Shown piece after piece: positions 1 to 9,646 of a DNA stretch of 64,000 nucleotides. A program made the translations under genes and the position numbers. Positions within the stretch are counted from its first letter, which is position 1, and the number at the start of each line of letters is the position of its first letter. The notes beneath the pieces are model-generated. The model ran no database searches. It was given only the letters and a program-made list of their open reading frames with translations, and was not told the DNA's origin. The stretch comes from a virus, in IMG/VR virus record IMGVR_UViG_3300020578_000017, positions 52,450 through 116,449 of that record; one strand, written 5' to 3'.

Positions 1-86
1 CTTGTAATCATAAGCTGCACAGTTTGTCCAACTTTAAAGTCAGAGGTTTTAGCTGCAAATGGATATAAGGCAAACTTTTTAAACAT
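1..86 (-). CDS. hypothetical protein, 5' part only (runs off window)
   Basis: ATG at 86-84 abuts the TAG of the 87..629 gene; open frame MFKKFALYPFAAKTSDFKVGQTVQLMIT to the window edge. Confidence 0.6.
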   Translation of the reverse strand, partial: MFKKFALYPFAAKTSDFKVGQTVQLMIT

Positions 87-629
87 CTAATTTTCCTCTC
101 GTGGAAGAACATTTTCTAACTCATCCACGCGCTTACTTAATATTTCTGAATAACGCTTTATTGCCTCAAGATAGTTTGGCTGGCTATCTTGTTTTAACTC
201 AACACTTTCCTCTTTAAGCTCTTGTAGAGCCTGATGCCATAGCTCAATAAACTCTACTGGAATAAAGTTAGGCTTTGCATATCCTGAAGAGTTTTTTCTA
301 AACCAGAAGTATGGAGAGTTTGCTTCAGTTTGAGTGTAAATATAAGTCGGACTAAAAAGCTGAGCTACAAAAGGCTCATCTAATCTACCTAACATTTTTC
401 CATAATAAAAAACTTTATTTACAAAGTCATCCTCTGGGTTTGGATCGTTTTTAAATAAAATAGCTATGTTATGAGCATTAGAAGTGTCGTAAAAGTTTGA
501 TATTAGCACACCACGAACTTGATTATATAAAATCTTCTCTTTTTCGTTGAAGTTATCAATGCTAGCCTCAAATAAAGCATACTTATCTAAGTAAGCTTTT
601 AAAATGCGGCTATTTTTATCTTGCATCAA
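87..629 (-). CDS. hypothetical protein (head module)
   Basis: 180-aa ORF overlapping the upstream gene by 4 nt; no motif recognised. Confidence 0.6.
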   Translation of the reverse strand: MMQDKNSRILKAYLDKYALFEASIDNFNEKEKILYNQVRGVLISNFYDTSNAHNIAILFKNDPNPEDDFVNKVFYYGKMLGRLDEPFVAQLFSPTYIYTQTEANSPYFWFRKNSSGYAKPNFIPVEFIELWHQALQELKEESVELKQDSQPNYLEAIKRYSEILSKRVDELENVLPREEN

Positions 630-907
630 TCTTTTTTCAAATCTGCAGTTAGATCTGGATCGCTGGTATCTCTTGTGCCTAAACTAGTGTCTGACCTATC
701 TCTGCGTTTATGATGAACGCCTACACCATTTCTTCTTTTGTTCTGTCTCTTACGATCTGACTTACGGCGATCCCTGGTTCTTTGTTCCTTGATGGTATCT
801 TTATCTTTTACTCTTTTTGCTAGTTTTATTGGATCGCTTGATAAAACTGCTGATAAATTATAAGATTTTGCAATCTTAATTAGTTCTAAGTAAAGATCAT
901 CCATCAT
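626..907 (-). CDS. small basic hypothetical protein, possibly DNA-binding or internal head protein
   Basis: 93 aa, Arg/Lys-rich C-half (RTRDRRKSDRKRQNKRR), directly downstream of portal. Confidence 0.55.
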   Translation of the reverse strand: MMDDLYLELIKIAKSYNLSAVLSSDPIKLAKRVKDKDTIKEQRTRDRRKSDRKRQNKRRNGVGVHHKRRDRSDTSLGTRDTSDPDLTADLKKD

Positions 908-930
908 ACTAATTATTTTTTACTAACGCT

Positions 931-2649
931 CTAAGCGGGAGTACCTTCTATTTCAGTTTGAGTTTCAGGAGCAGGAGTCTCTTCTGTTGGGGCTTCTTCA
1001 CCCCCAGATAAATCTGGAGCCCCTTCTTCACCTAAGTTAAGGTCACCACCTAATTGACCCAGGGTACCTCCACCAAATCCTCCCATATCGACCTCATTAC
1101 CGGAATCGCCTTCTTGATACTCTAGCTTAAGGTATTTAGCGAACCTTTCAGTAATATTAGACTTACCTACTAGATCCTGAGCTACATTTTGATAAATGCC
1201 ACGAAGTAGATCATTGAAGGCAGAATCGTTGACGGTGCCCATATCGGCTTCTAGCCTTTCGCGAGTTGCAATAGGATCGATATTCAACAAGTCAAGTATG
1301 GTTGCTATGTCTATTGATCCCTTTTGATACAAGCTATAGAGAGCTTCAAAAGTATCATTACTATCTCTTAGAGCTAATCTTCTGAAGGATAGTCTAGGGT
1401 AAATTAACTTTTCGTTACCGTCTTCATCTTTTTCTACAAAGCCATTTGCTTTTGCAACTGGTTTAAATAGAACCTCTTCAACAAAGTTTTGCATAACTTC
1501 CCTAAAAAGGAGATATCTGGTGTTCAGCACTTCAAGCGTAATCTTTGCACCGGCATAAGTCGCCTCACCTGACAAAAGCTCTGCTGTGACTCCTAATCCT
1601 GACATCAGTCGCGTTGCGATTCTACCATACTCGGAATCTAGAACAAGAAGTCGATCATTTGAGCCAATTTCTTGCCAGTTTAACTCATAGTTGGTGATAA
1701 TGCTGTAATCTGGATCAATCATTGAAGCTTCTACCTGCTCACGGAGACCTTCAACATCATCTTCAGATAATCCTTCAGCAGAAACAATTCTTTTCGGGGT
1801 CATGTTCCTGCTTGCAATTTGCGTTTGTGTCTGACGAAGCTTTTCGAACTCAAGAAGGTCTCGTAAAACTCTATCTAATATGCTAGTGCCTTGATCCTCA
1901 TAATCACTCATCTTTCTCGCTAGATGAAAAACATGACTACCAGAATAAGGGTCTGTATCTAATGGAATATTCTGCCCACGTTTAACATAATCAACAATAT
2001 CTGGTGGCATTGTCTTTAATGCCTTTAGAGCAGATTGATCGCCGTGATTAGCTCTCTCTACTAATTCTCTAGTTGCTGGGTCTGGTACAAGAGATACTTC
2101 AACATAATCTGTAAATGGGTACTTCTTAGTTTCTACTGTGTCTGGATCTAATACCTTAAGTGCTGACCAAGATTTTATCTCCTCATCCCACTCAGAGAAA
2201 ATATACACATCGCCAATAAGGTTATACTCATGTGCGATAGAGAGAAGCTTTTGGAATAAGTTGATTCTTTCAACCATAGCCTCATAGAATCTTAGAATCT
2301 TCTGAGCGGTTTTATAGTCCTTAGCCTTAGGAATAGTCAGTGTTACTTTAGAAAGTGGAATCTCTGAGTGTAAGTCGATAGCAGGACCGACTATAGGGTC
2401 ATTTTTATAGAAGTGACGGTACCATCTTCTCTTCTCTCTATTAGTTCTTGGGAGTTCGAGCATGTCCGTAGAAAGATACGGACTGAAAAACGGAGCTTCC
2501 TGTGTTTGAAGGATATCGCTTCCGGTTTTAAAAATGGAATCTAAACTGCTATTTCTATTAGCGGTTCTAGGTGCCCCCATTGCAGTAGTTGCATAGGGTT
2601 TCTTTGAATTTGCTGTTTTTGAGCTAGCAGTAGTTCGTCTTGTTGGCAC
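931..2649 (-). CDS. phage portal protein
   Basis: 572 aa near terminase; WYRHFYKNDPIVGPAIDLHSEIP, HEYNLIGDVY, HVFHLARK..GTSIL and LLSGEATYAG segments typical of large-phage portals; acidic Gly-rich tail. Confidence 0.8.
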   Translation of the reverse strand: MPTRRTTASSKTANSKKPYATTAMGAPRTANRNSSLDSIFKTGSDILQTQEAPFFSPYLSTDMLELPRTNREKRRWYRHFYKNDPIVGPAIDLHSEIPLSKVTLTIPKAKDYKTAQKILRFYEAMVERINLFQKLLSIAHEYNLIGDVYIFSEWDEEIKSWSALKVLDPDTVETKKYPFTDYVEVSLVPDPATRELVERANHGDQSALKALKTMPPDIVDYVKRGQNIPLDTDPYSGSHVFHLARKMSDYEDQGTSILDRVLRDLLEFEKLRQTQTQIASRNMTPKRIVSAEGLSEDDVEGLREQVEASMIDPDYSIITNYELNWQEIGSNDRLLVLDSEYGRIATRLMSGLGVTAELLSGEATYAGAKITLEVLNTRYLLFREVMQNFVEEVLFKPVAKANGFVEKDEDGNEKLIYPRLSFRRLALRDSNDTFEALYSLYQKGSIDIATILDLLNIDPIATRERLEADMGTVNDSAFNDLLRGIYQNVAQDLVGKSNITERFAKYLKLEYQEGDSGNEVDMGGFGGGTLGQLGGDLNLGEEGAPDLSGGEEAPTEETPAPETQTEIEGTPA

Positions 2650-2654
2650 TTACA

Positions 2655-2972
2655 TCACCTGGTGTACTTCTTTATCGGAAGCTTATTTAAATTGACCGTA
2701 GTGTAATTATAGCGTTGATTACTTACGCTATCGCCACCGTCTTTTACTAACTGCTTGTGTTCATCAGCTGATTTTACAAAATCTTTTCTTGCTTCGTCTG
2801 CCCAGCGAATGATTCCTTGTAGTTTTCCTAAAGATCTTAAGTAACCACGAGAAGAACCTGCTCTTTTTGCAGACTGATGCATGCTTTGTAACTTATTTTC
2901 TAATGATGCAGCATCTTTCAGTAGCTTTTTTAATTCAGATTCAATTTTTTCTAAGTCACCATCATTGAACAC
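2655..2972 (-). CDS. hypothetical protein
   Basis: 105-aa ORF coupled between terminase and portal. Confidence 0.6.
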   Translation of the reverse strand: MFNDGDLEKIESELKKLLKDAASLENKLQSMHQSAKRAGSSRGYLRSLGKLQGIIRWADEARKDFVKSADEHKQLVKDGGDSVSNQRYNYTTVNLNKLPIKKYTR

Positions 2973-4792
2973 TACTTTGGTTTCCTATTAGTTCGATAAG
3001 TATTCGTACCGTGTAGCTTTGAACGTTTTGTATGAAACGCGGTATAAGAAGATGCAGTTTTTCCTGCAGCCTCTCTAGCACTATAGGTGGGATATGTTTT
3101 TTTTCCAAAGCTGCTTTTGAATTTAGTCGCACAATAAGCCATTCTAGCTAAAGAGTCTGATTGATCATCGTGCATACCTTCAACTGGAGGGGCTTCTACT
3201 GTTATGACGTATTTTGAATGTTGGCTTTCTTCTAAGTTAAAAAGCTCTTTTATGAAAGGCTCTGACTCCGGAAATGCTAAATTATCCTTGAAATATTCAT
3301 GGGGAACTGGTAGTTGAATATTGTTTTCCGCAACTAATAAACCTAATGAAGAGTAAATTTCTGAGTTTAAGGTACGAGTTACTGTTAGCATCTCAAGGTG
3401 CCTAACGCCAGCCTCTTTAAGATGCTCTAGGAAAGGTAAACCACCGTATTGGTCAAAGTAACCTTTGACAATATAAAATCGCTTACAAATCTCCGCGACT
3501 TCACGCGAAATACTCCTTAATGACTGTGGAGTTTCTACAGGTAAACGTGAAAAGTCATATCTATCGGGTAATCCATAGTTGGTGTGATGTCCGTAATAAA
3601 CCCTAGAGTAATCAACAATTAAGCGGTCATCTTCCCAATGTCCTAAAGTTATAGCGGTTCCGTCATTAATAGAACCAACGTCCATCCCTAAAAAGTAAGG
3701 CTGCCCTAACTCACCTTTTAGCTTATAGTTTCCAGGTATAATGCACTTAGACTTAAAGGTATCTTTGTCCTTCAGCCACGATCTCTTACTGTCACCAAAT
3801 TCTGCACCGTACTCTACCATGAAAACGGAAGAGTCTCGCTTGAATCTTGATTTCAAGAACTCTGATTCAAGATTAGGGTTAATCTCCCAAGAAGGCATTT
3901 GAAGAATTAGTAGACCTGACTTTTTACCTTCAGACAAACCTTGTGTGTATAGTTTCCATAACTGCCCGGATCTGTTTAAAGGCGATGACAAAGAAATAAT
4001 CTTACCTTCTTGCTTGCCATTCTTGTTGACAAATGAAGATACTGAAGGGGTTAGTGCGTCATAAACTTTTTCTGAGCTAGCAACACCGCCGTTATCGATA
4101 AAGTGGGCTAACTCGTCCAGTACGACAACGATAGAGGAGCTACCACGCATTGTCCTTGAAAGTGAACCACCAGACTGTCCTACAATCGCTCCGTCTGCAT
4201 TAGGTTCGTTTTCAATTTCCCATTGTGTCCTGAATCTAACCTCTTGCTTTGTTATGTTAGATTTGAACCTATCCAAAATTGGAACTGTAGAGACAATATT
4301 TTTTACAGTATTGAAGATATTCTGTGCTGGCTTTTGTCCGTTAGCGATATTAATAATCTTAATTTCACCGCCACGCATTAGAGAGTAATACTCAAATGGA
4401 TCTGGTATATGTAAAATCTTATAATACTCATAAGCGGTAATCAAAGAAGTTACTGTAGATTTAGTTCCTCTTCTTCCGATGACCATCGCCATTTCATTAA
4501 ATTGATGACCGTCTTCATTTACATTACAACGGCCCTGGTTATATAAGTATTGCAGGTATTCGTATTCTGTAAGTTCAAATAACTGAGTTTCCCTGAACTT
4601 ATCAAACAATTTGATTGTCTTGTTCTGTCTGTCTAAAGGCATGCCGTAGAACATCTTTAAAACAAATCTTTGAATAGGGAATAGATTTACTTTAGCTCCC
4701 CAGTCACTTTCACAAAAAGAAACGACATCAGCAAGAGTTCTATCAGAGTTTCCTAAGAACTCACGATTGATAATGTCGTTAATGATTCCCAT
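2972..4792 (-). CDS. terL: terminase large subunit
   Basis: Walker A-like IGRRGTKS, Walker B VVVLDELAHF, coupling motif SLSSP, RNase H-fold nuclease FLGMDVG and HDDQSD. Confidence 0.9.
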   Translation of the reverse strand: MGIINDIINREFLGNSDRTLADVVSFCESDWGAKVNLFPIQRFVLKMFYGMPLDRQNKTIKLFDKFRETQLFELTEYEYLQYLYNQGRCNVNEDGHQFNEMAMVIGRRGTKSTVTSLITAYEYYKILHIPDPFEYYSLMRGGEIKIINIANGQKPAQNIFNTVKNIVSTVPILDRFKSNITKQEVRFRTQWEIENEPNADGAIVGQSGGSLSRTMRGSSSIVVVLDELAHFIDNGGVASSEKVYDALTPSVSSFVNKNGKQEGKIISLSSPLNRSGQLWKLYTQGLSEGKKSGLLILQMPSWEINPNLESEFLKSRFKRDSSVFMVEYGAEFGDSKRSWLKDKDTFKSKCIIPGNYKLKGELGQPYFLGMDVGSINDGTAITLGHWEDDRLIVDYSRVYYGHHTNYGLPDRYDFSRLPVETPQSLRSISREVAEICKRFYIVKGYFDQYGGLPFLEHLKEAGVRHLEMLTVTRTLNSEIYSSLGLLVAENNIQLPVPHEYFKDNLAFPESEPFIKELFNLEESQHSKYVITVEAPPVEGMHDDQSDSLARMAYCATKFKSSFGKKTYPTYSAREAAGKTASSYTAFHTKRSKLHGTNTYRTNRKPK

Positions 4793-4794
4793 AA

Positions 4795-5259
4795 CTACTT
4801 AATGTTGTCGATATTTCTCTTGACTCTATCTTCTATGTCTATTAGCCTTTGGTTTATCTTATGAAAGAATACTTCTCTTTCATTGTCATTAACTTTTAGG
4901 TCACTAAGAACATCGTTTACAGAAGATAACATGGAGCGAATCAGTTCTACTACGTAAGGATTATGGAACGAGAATGTACTATCTGTCGCTGCTTTCTTTT
5001 GCTCTGTCGCAATGTCTGCTAATATTTTATATGCTCTTACAATTTTATCGCTAATATAAGAAGCATCGCCCTTAGCTCGTTCTATTTTTCTTCTTGCAAT
5101 TCTCATACTATCAATCTCCTCTGCTAATCCAGAAAGGATTATTGAGAAGAAGTCTGAACTGCCGGAAAAAGCTCGCTCTATCTTATCCTGGACTCTATCT
5201 TCAGGCCTAAGAAACTCACCCTCTGGCTCTCTCCGAGAAGGGGTGTTACTGGAGCTCAT
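4795..5259 (-). CDS. helical hypothetical protein, candidate terminase small subunit
   Basis: 154 aa immediately upstream of terL; function inferred from position only. Confidence 0.4.
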   Translation of the reverse strand: MSSSNTPSRREPEGEFLRPEDRVQDKIERAFSGSSDFFSIILSGLAEEIDSMRIARRKIERAKGDASYISDKIVRAYKILADIATEQKKAATDSTFSFHNPYVVELIRSMLSSVNDVLSDLKVNDNEREVFFHKINQRLIDIEDRVKRNIDNIK

Positions 5260-6920
5260 AGATTAAACTGATTGAGTCCTTCAACCTCAATAGTTTCAAT
5301 GCTCTTAGGATTGTCTACAGAAACCATTCTATCTAAAGTAAGATCCTTATAGAAGGAGCCATAAAGATGATTGTCCTTCAGGGATTCTTTATCGAAGATG
5401 GCTTCTTGGACAAATGCCTTTTTAAGTAATGAACAGCCTGCGCCTGCGTTGTAAGAACAACCACCGCAACGGTTTCCAACCTTAATACTGGATACTAAAG
5501 CAAAAGACGAGTTATCACAAGAATCAAACTGATCAGGTGAAGCTGTCTTTACTTGTAGTATCGCTAAGTCTAAGGCTTTCTTCGCCTGATTAGTCCCAGA
5601 AATCTTAGAAGCAGCTTTAAGAACTCTGTTATAGGAATTACCATTTTTTAGTGCCTTGGCTGTCTTATTGATTAAATCTTCAGACATTACTGAAACCATG
5701 GGTAGTTCAGCAAATGCTGCAGAGATTTGCCTCGGAGCAGATTTTCTCTCTTGACTAAAAGCAGTTTTACTTACACCACAATGTGAAGACATGTCGTAAA
5801 CGCAACCCTGGCACTTAGCAGTTCTACTTAAAGATGAGGCATTTTTAAGTAACTCTGAATCGCAGCGAGCTACATCTGTTGGCACTGCAGAAAGCGAAGA
5901 AGCTGCCTTCGTGAAAACTTGATCTAAATAGTTATGTGGTACTTTTTCTGCGAACTTAACTTTAAGCTCTTCTACTGAGTATCCCTTTTGTAAATATTTA
6001 GCAGCTACCTTGACATAAGAATCTTCATTAAATGATTTCTTATTTTGAGCTAATGGAAGCTTTGCCTTTACACCAGCGACTCTTTGCTTAACTTCTTTCC
6101 TGGCAAGAAAAGCTTGTTGAAGCTTTTCTTTGTTTGCCAAAGAAGCATGCTTGCTTAAAAAGCTATCGTCTACTCTTTTAACTGAAAATAGGTAATCTAA
6201 GTATTGCTGCGTATTGTTATCAGTAAAAATTTCTTGTTTTGTGGCAATCTTCTTTGACACTAAAGCACATCGCCCAAAGTTATTAAAAGAACACCCACCG
6301 CAAGCGGAGGTTTTTAAAACAAACTTTGCTAACTTATTGTACTTATCGGTAACTTCTTTTGCCTTGTGACAGCTATCAAAGGCAGTAACATCAACATAAA
6401 CGTTTCCAAGTAAACCTTCTTCAGAAGCTAAAAGATTTCTGTTTGAAGCTGCTTTCTTCCACTCTTCTTGAGGCATATACTTACGTGCTTCAAGATTTAA
6501 ATTCTCGCCAGTATACCCTCTGTGCATTAGTCTTCTTAAGAACTTATGACTGTTTGTGGGTGAACCAGATGATGCAACTCTAGACACTGAGTTTGGTGCA
6601 TACTTATAAAGATTATCTGCTGTTTCTTCTGAATGATCCCAAAGGCTCTTCTTTTTAATCTGTTCTCTGATTGGTGGATTACCCTTTACTAGCTTGAAAG
6701 CCCCGTAAAGTGAATCTGTAGTGTCGCCCCAGGTATACTCAAGCTCAGAGTTCGCAGGCTCAATAGAGTTAGAATGCTTAAAGCTGATAGGCTCACTAAG
6801 CCAAGATAGGTCTACTATTGAAGCATCTTTGATTAGGTCAGTAATATCTCCTAAATCAACTTGCGGACCCTCACCGAATACGGAATCTAAGGACGGATTA
6901 GTTAGTTCATCTTCACGCAT
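5256..6920 (-). CDS. Cys-repeat head-associated protein
   Basis: three C-x2-C-x7-C units (CGGCSFNNFGRC, CQGCVYDMSSHC, CGGCSYNAGAGC), each preceded by an isolated Cys; many K/R-x-A-S motifs; lies in head module. Confidence 0.55.
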   Translation of the reverse strand: MREDELTNPSLDSVFGEGPQVDLGDITDLIKDASIVDLSWLSEPISFKHSNSIEPANSELEYTWGDTTDSLYGAFKLVKGNPPIREQIKKKSLWDHSEETADNLYKYAPNSVSRVASSGSPTNSHKFLRRLMHRGYTGENLNLEARKYMPQEEWKKAASNRNLLASEEGLLGNVYVDVTAFDSCHKAKEVTDKYNKLAKFVLKTSACGGCSFNNFGRCALVSKKIATKQEIFTDNNTQQYLDYLFSVKRVDDSFLSKHASLANKEKLQQAFLARKEVKQRVAGVKAKLPLAQNKKSFNEDSYVKVAAKYLQKGYSVEELKVKFAEKVPHNYLDQVFTKAASSLSAVPTDVARCDSELLKNASSLSRTAKCQGCVYDMSSHCGVSKTAFSQERKSAPRQISAAFAELPMVSVMSEDLINKTAKALKNGNSYNRVLKAASKISGTNQAKKALDLAILQVKTASPDQFDSCDNSSFALVSSIKVGNRCGGCSYNAGAGCSLLKKAFVQEAIFDKESLKDNHLYGSFYKDLTLDRMVSVDNPKSIETIEVEGLNQFNL

Positions 6921-6925
6921 AAAAG

Positions 6926-7126
6926 TTAATCCTTAATTGGACCTTGCTCATCATTGACAAGCTTTACGACATGTGTGCCGTCATCAGAAAGTTGCCAGAA
7001 ATCAAGCGTTGATTTGTGGATTAGAAGATTACTTGAACCAACTTTACTAAAGCCCTGAAGGTCTCTTAGTGAAGAAATCTTTAGAACTTTAAGATTATGC
7101 TCATTATCTTCTTGCATATACACCAA
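6926..7126 (-). CDS. small hypothetical protein (head module)
   Basis: 66 aa, LLIHKSTLDFWQLSDDG; the start may be the internal ATG. Confidence 0.55.
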   Translation of the reverse strand: MVYMQEDNEHNLKVLKISSLRDLQGFSKVGSSNLLIHKSTLDFWQLSDDGTHVVKLVNDEQGPIKD

Positions 7127-7164
7127 TACTTGTAAAGTAACTATTAAAATAATATAACTATATG

Positions 7165-7860
7165 TTACAAAGAAGGCTCTTCGCCGACATACTTTTCTAA
7201 AGTAGCTATGAACTCTTCTTCAGTTACCCAAAAGCTTGAAATATCCATATTTCTTACGATGTTTGGATTTTTTCTAATTAGCTCAAATGCACTGAAGTAA
7301 ACCCTATAAAGAGGGTCATTCTTGCTAAAGGCTTCAAGTATCTCCAATGATCTTAATAGACGATATCTAATTTGTCCCTGGGAAAATCCTAGCCTTCTTG
7401 CTACTCCTGACTGAGAAGAAGTCTCATACATCAAGATTAAAATCTCAACGTGAAGAGGATCTAGCATAATCCTGTCTAAATCTCTAATTAGTTTCTCTTT
7501 GCATAGCCTAGGGAGGACTGTTAAAAATTTAAGTCTCTCTACGGCTGTTTTGCATCTATAACTAACAGCGCCTTGAGTTATTCCGAAAATCTGGGCAATG
7601 TCATTCTGATCTTTATTGAGTTCAAAATACATATGAATGTAATCTCTCTCAATAGGATCTAAGTACTGTACTAGCTCAGATACCTGCGCTAACTGCTCTC
7701 TGAATATACGTCGTAATTCTGTTTCTTTAGCTTCTGCTTCCATATCTAAAACAATCTGCTCTTCTTCAGAATCTGGATCATAAGCTAAGTTAGAGTCTGC
7801 ACCAAAACGAGCTTCAAGCTCGCTGGGCTCCATAGAAAAAACAAACCAGTTAGAGCCCAT
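7165..7860 (-). CDS. sigma-70 region-4-like transcription factor with tandem HTH domains
   Basis: LDPIERDYIHMYF..QNDIAQIFGITQGAVSYR and LDPLHVEILILMY..QSGVARRLGFSQGQIRYR, both of sigma region 4 type. Confidence 0.75.
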   Translation of the reverse strand: MGSNWFVFSMEPSELEARFGADSNLAYDPDSEEEQIVLDMEAEAKETELRRIFREQLAQVSELVQYLDPIERDYIHMYFELNKDQNDIAQIFGITQGAVSYRCKTAVERLKFLTVLPRLCKEKLIRDLDRIMLDPLHVEILILMYETSSQSGVARRLGFSQGQIRYRLLRSLEILEAFSKNDPLYRVYFSAFELIRKNPNIVRNMDISSFWVTEEEFIATLEKYVGEEPSL

Positions 7861-7864
7861 TAAT

Positions 7865-8395
7865 CTAAACCCCTGTCAAGCAAACTTGAGGAACTTCTAC
7901 TTCTAAAGTCTTTGAAGCTAGCTCAATCTTTACAATAGCGTTGCTGCTATCTAGTAGTTTTACAACTTTACCTTGAAGACTGCTGTAAAGGCCCTTAGTT
8001 ATAACAACATTTTGACCTTTTTGTAGATTAGCAAACATCATGTTATGAAGTTTATGCCTTAAAGAATTGATATAAGAGTCAGAGACCAGTTTTGCTCTTC
8101 TCTCTTTTCTGTTTTTTGTTATGGTGACAATATGATCAAAGAATCTGTTATTCTCTAGAAGATAAGGATTCTTCCTGATTGTATTAGTTTTTATAAAAAT
8201 ATAACCAGGCATTATGCTTTTGATTATTTTCTCGTTATCAATCTTCTCTGAAGAAGATGGAAAAAATATCTCACACTCACCTATGACATCAAAAACTTCT
8301 TGTTTAAGTACTTCCTCTGGTTGCTGTTCGCCAACATAACTTACGTTGACAATTATCCAGCCTGGATCTTCCTCTGTAAAAAACCTACTCATCAA
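7865..8395 (-). CDS. nusG: NusG-family transcription elongation/antitermination factor
   Basis: NGN domain (W near N-terminus, IFFP, IMPGYIFIK) plus KOW motif KGQNVVITKGLYSSLQGKVV. Confidence 0.8.
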   Translation of the reverse strand: MMSRFFTEEDPGWIIVNVSYVGEQQPEEVLKQEVFDVIGECEIFFPSSSEKIDNEKIIKSIMPGYIFIKTNTIRKNPYLLENNRFFDHIVTITKNRKERRAKLVSDSYINSLRHKLHNMMFANLQKGQNVVITKGLYSSLQGKVVKLLDSSNAIVKIELASKTLEVEVPQVCLTGV

Positions 8396-9641
8396 TTAAC
8401 CTGCCACCTAAAAGATTTGCTAGTTGCTCTGTAGAGCCCATATTTACGCCGCTTTGACTATGTGCGCTATTTCTATTGCGCTTTGGGTTTCTGGCTAGCT
8501 CTACAAGTGGCATAGCTTCAGACTTTCCATTTTTTATTGAGTTTACGAAAGTAGAAAGACTAGGCTGGCTGCTTAGTAAACTGTAAAGAGGGTTACCAAT
8601 TCTATTTCTAGCCTCAATTAATAATACGTCAGCTATTAGTGCTTCTTTAGTAAGACCAAAGTGAGGGCTTCCGAAAAACTTTGCAATAACTAAAAGCTCT
8701 TCGCCAAAAAGATCATAGGCATTTCTGGCTAATGCTTTATTAAAGAAGTCAACCTCTTTTAGTCCCTTTGCCTCGCTATAGGCATCGATAGAAGCCTTGG
8801 CTAAACCAAGACTGACATCTCTAGGTGACTTCTTTGTAAGCATTGTTTCTAGTATTTTAAGCGATTCAATGATATTGTTTGGAACATTAAGTATAACTTT
8901 GATAAAATCTTCTCTTATTTGAAGAGAAAAATGTTCTTTAACTAAGTTTTCAGTTATGCTTCCAAAGATACTAATCTTATCTAATAACATTATAGCATCG
9001 CGCATGTAGTTTTTTGAAAGTTGAGCTAACTGTAATAAAGCTTTTGTTTCAAAAATAAACCCTTCTTGCTCACTTATTAGTGCAAGGCGCTTGCAAATAT
9101 CATCAAGACTGACGTTTACTAACTCTAAATCAAAGCACCTTCCAGACAACTCCGGGGCAATTTTATTTGAGTCTGTGGTAACTAAAATAAGTATAATTTT
9201 ATCTGCAAGATCATCAATTACTTGCTTTAGAAGTATCTGACCTGACATTGAAATAGTATGAGCTTCATCAATAACAATAATCTTTCTTGAAGAAAACTGA
9301 GAAATCTTTTCTTTAAGAATTTTAATGTCATTTACGCTTGAAATACTACCGCCGTCTAACTCGATATAATCTTTGTGTGATTTTGCATAAAAATCTTTAC
9401 AAGACGGACACACAAGACACGGCTCTTGTTCTGCAGTTCTATTGTTGCATAAAATAGAGCTGCTAAATATTCTTGAAAGCGTTGTCTTTCCATTACCATG
9501 CGATCCCTCAAGTATGTAAGCAGCCTTAAAGGCGTTTCTAGCTAAAACAGCCTTTAATAACTTCACAGCACGAGTTTGCCCGACCACATCTTTGAATAGA
9601 TGTGGTCGGTACTTATTCGCGAGAGATACCGAAGTTTGCAC
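8385..9641 (-). CDS. dnaX: DNA polymerase III gamma/tau (clamp loader ATPase)
   Basis: LANKYRP..F.DVVGQ, Walker A GSHGNGKTT, Zn module C..PCLVCPSC, Walker B IIVIDEAH, GRC, MRDA. Confidence 0.9.
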   Translation of the reverse strand: MQTSVSLANKYRPHLFKDVVGQTRAVKLLKAVLARNAFKAAYILEGSHGNGKTTLSRIFSSSILCNNRTAEQEPCLVCPSCKDFYAKSHKDYIELDGGSISSVNDIKILKEKISQFSSRKIIVIDEAHTISMSGQILLKQVIDDLADKIILILVTTDSNKIAPELSGRCFDLELVNVSLDDICKRLALISEQEGFIFETKALLQLAQLSKNYMRDAIMLLDKISIFGSITENLVKEHFSLQIREDFIKVILNVPNNIIESLKILETMLTKKSPRDVSLGLAKASIDAYSEAKGLKEVDFFNKALARNAYDLFGEELLVIAKFFGSPHFGLTKEALIADVLLIEARNRIGNPLYSLLSSQPSLSTFVNSIKNGKSEAMPLVELARNPKRNRNSAHSQSGVNMGSTEQLANLLGGRLIDE

Positions 9642-9646
9642 TGAAA

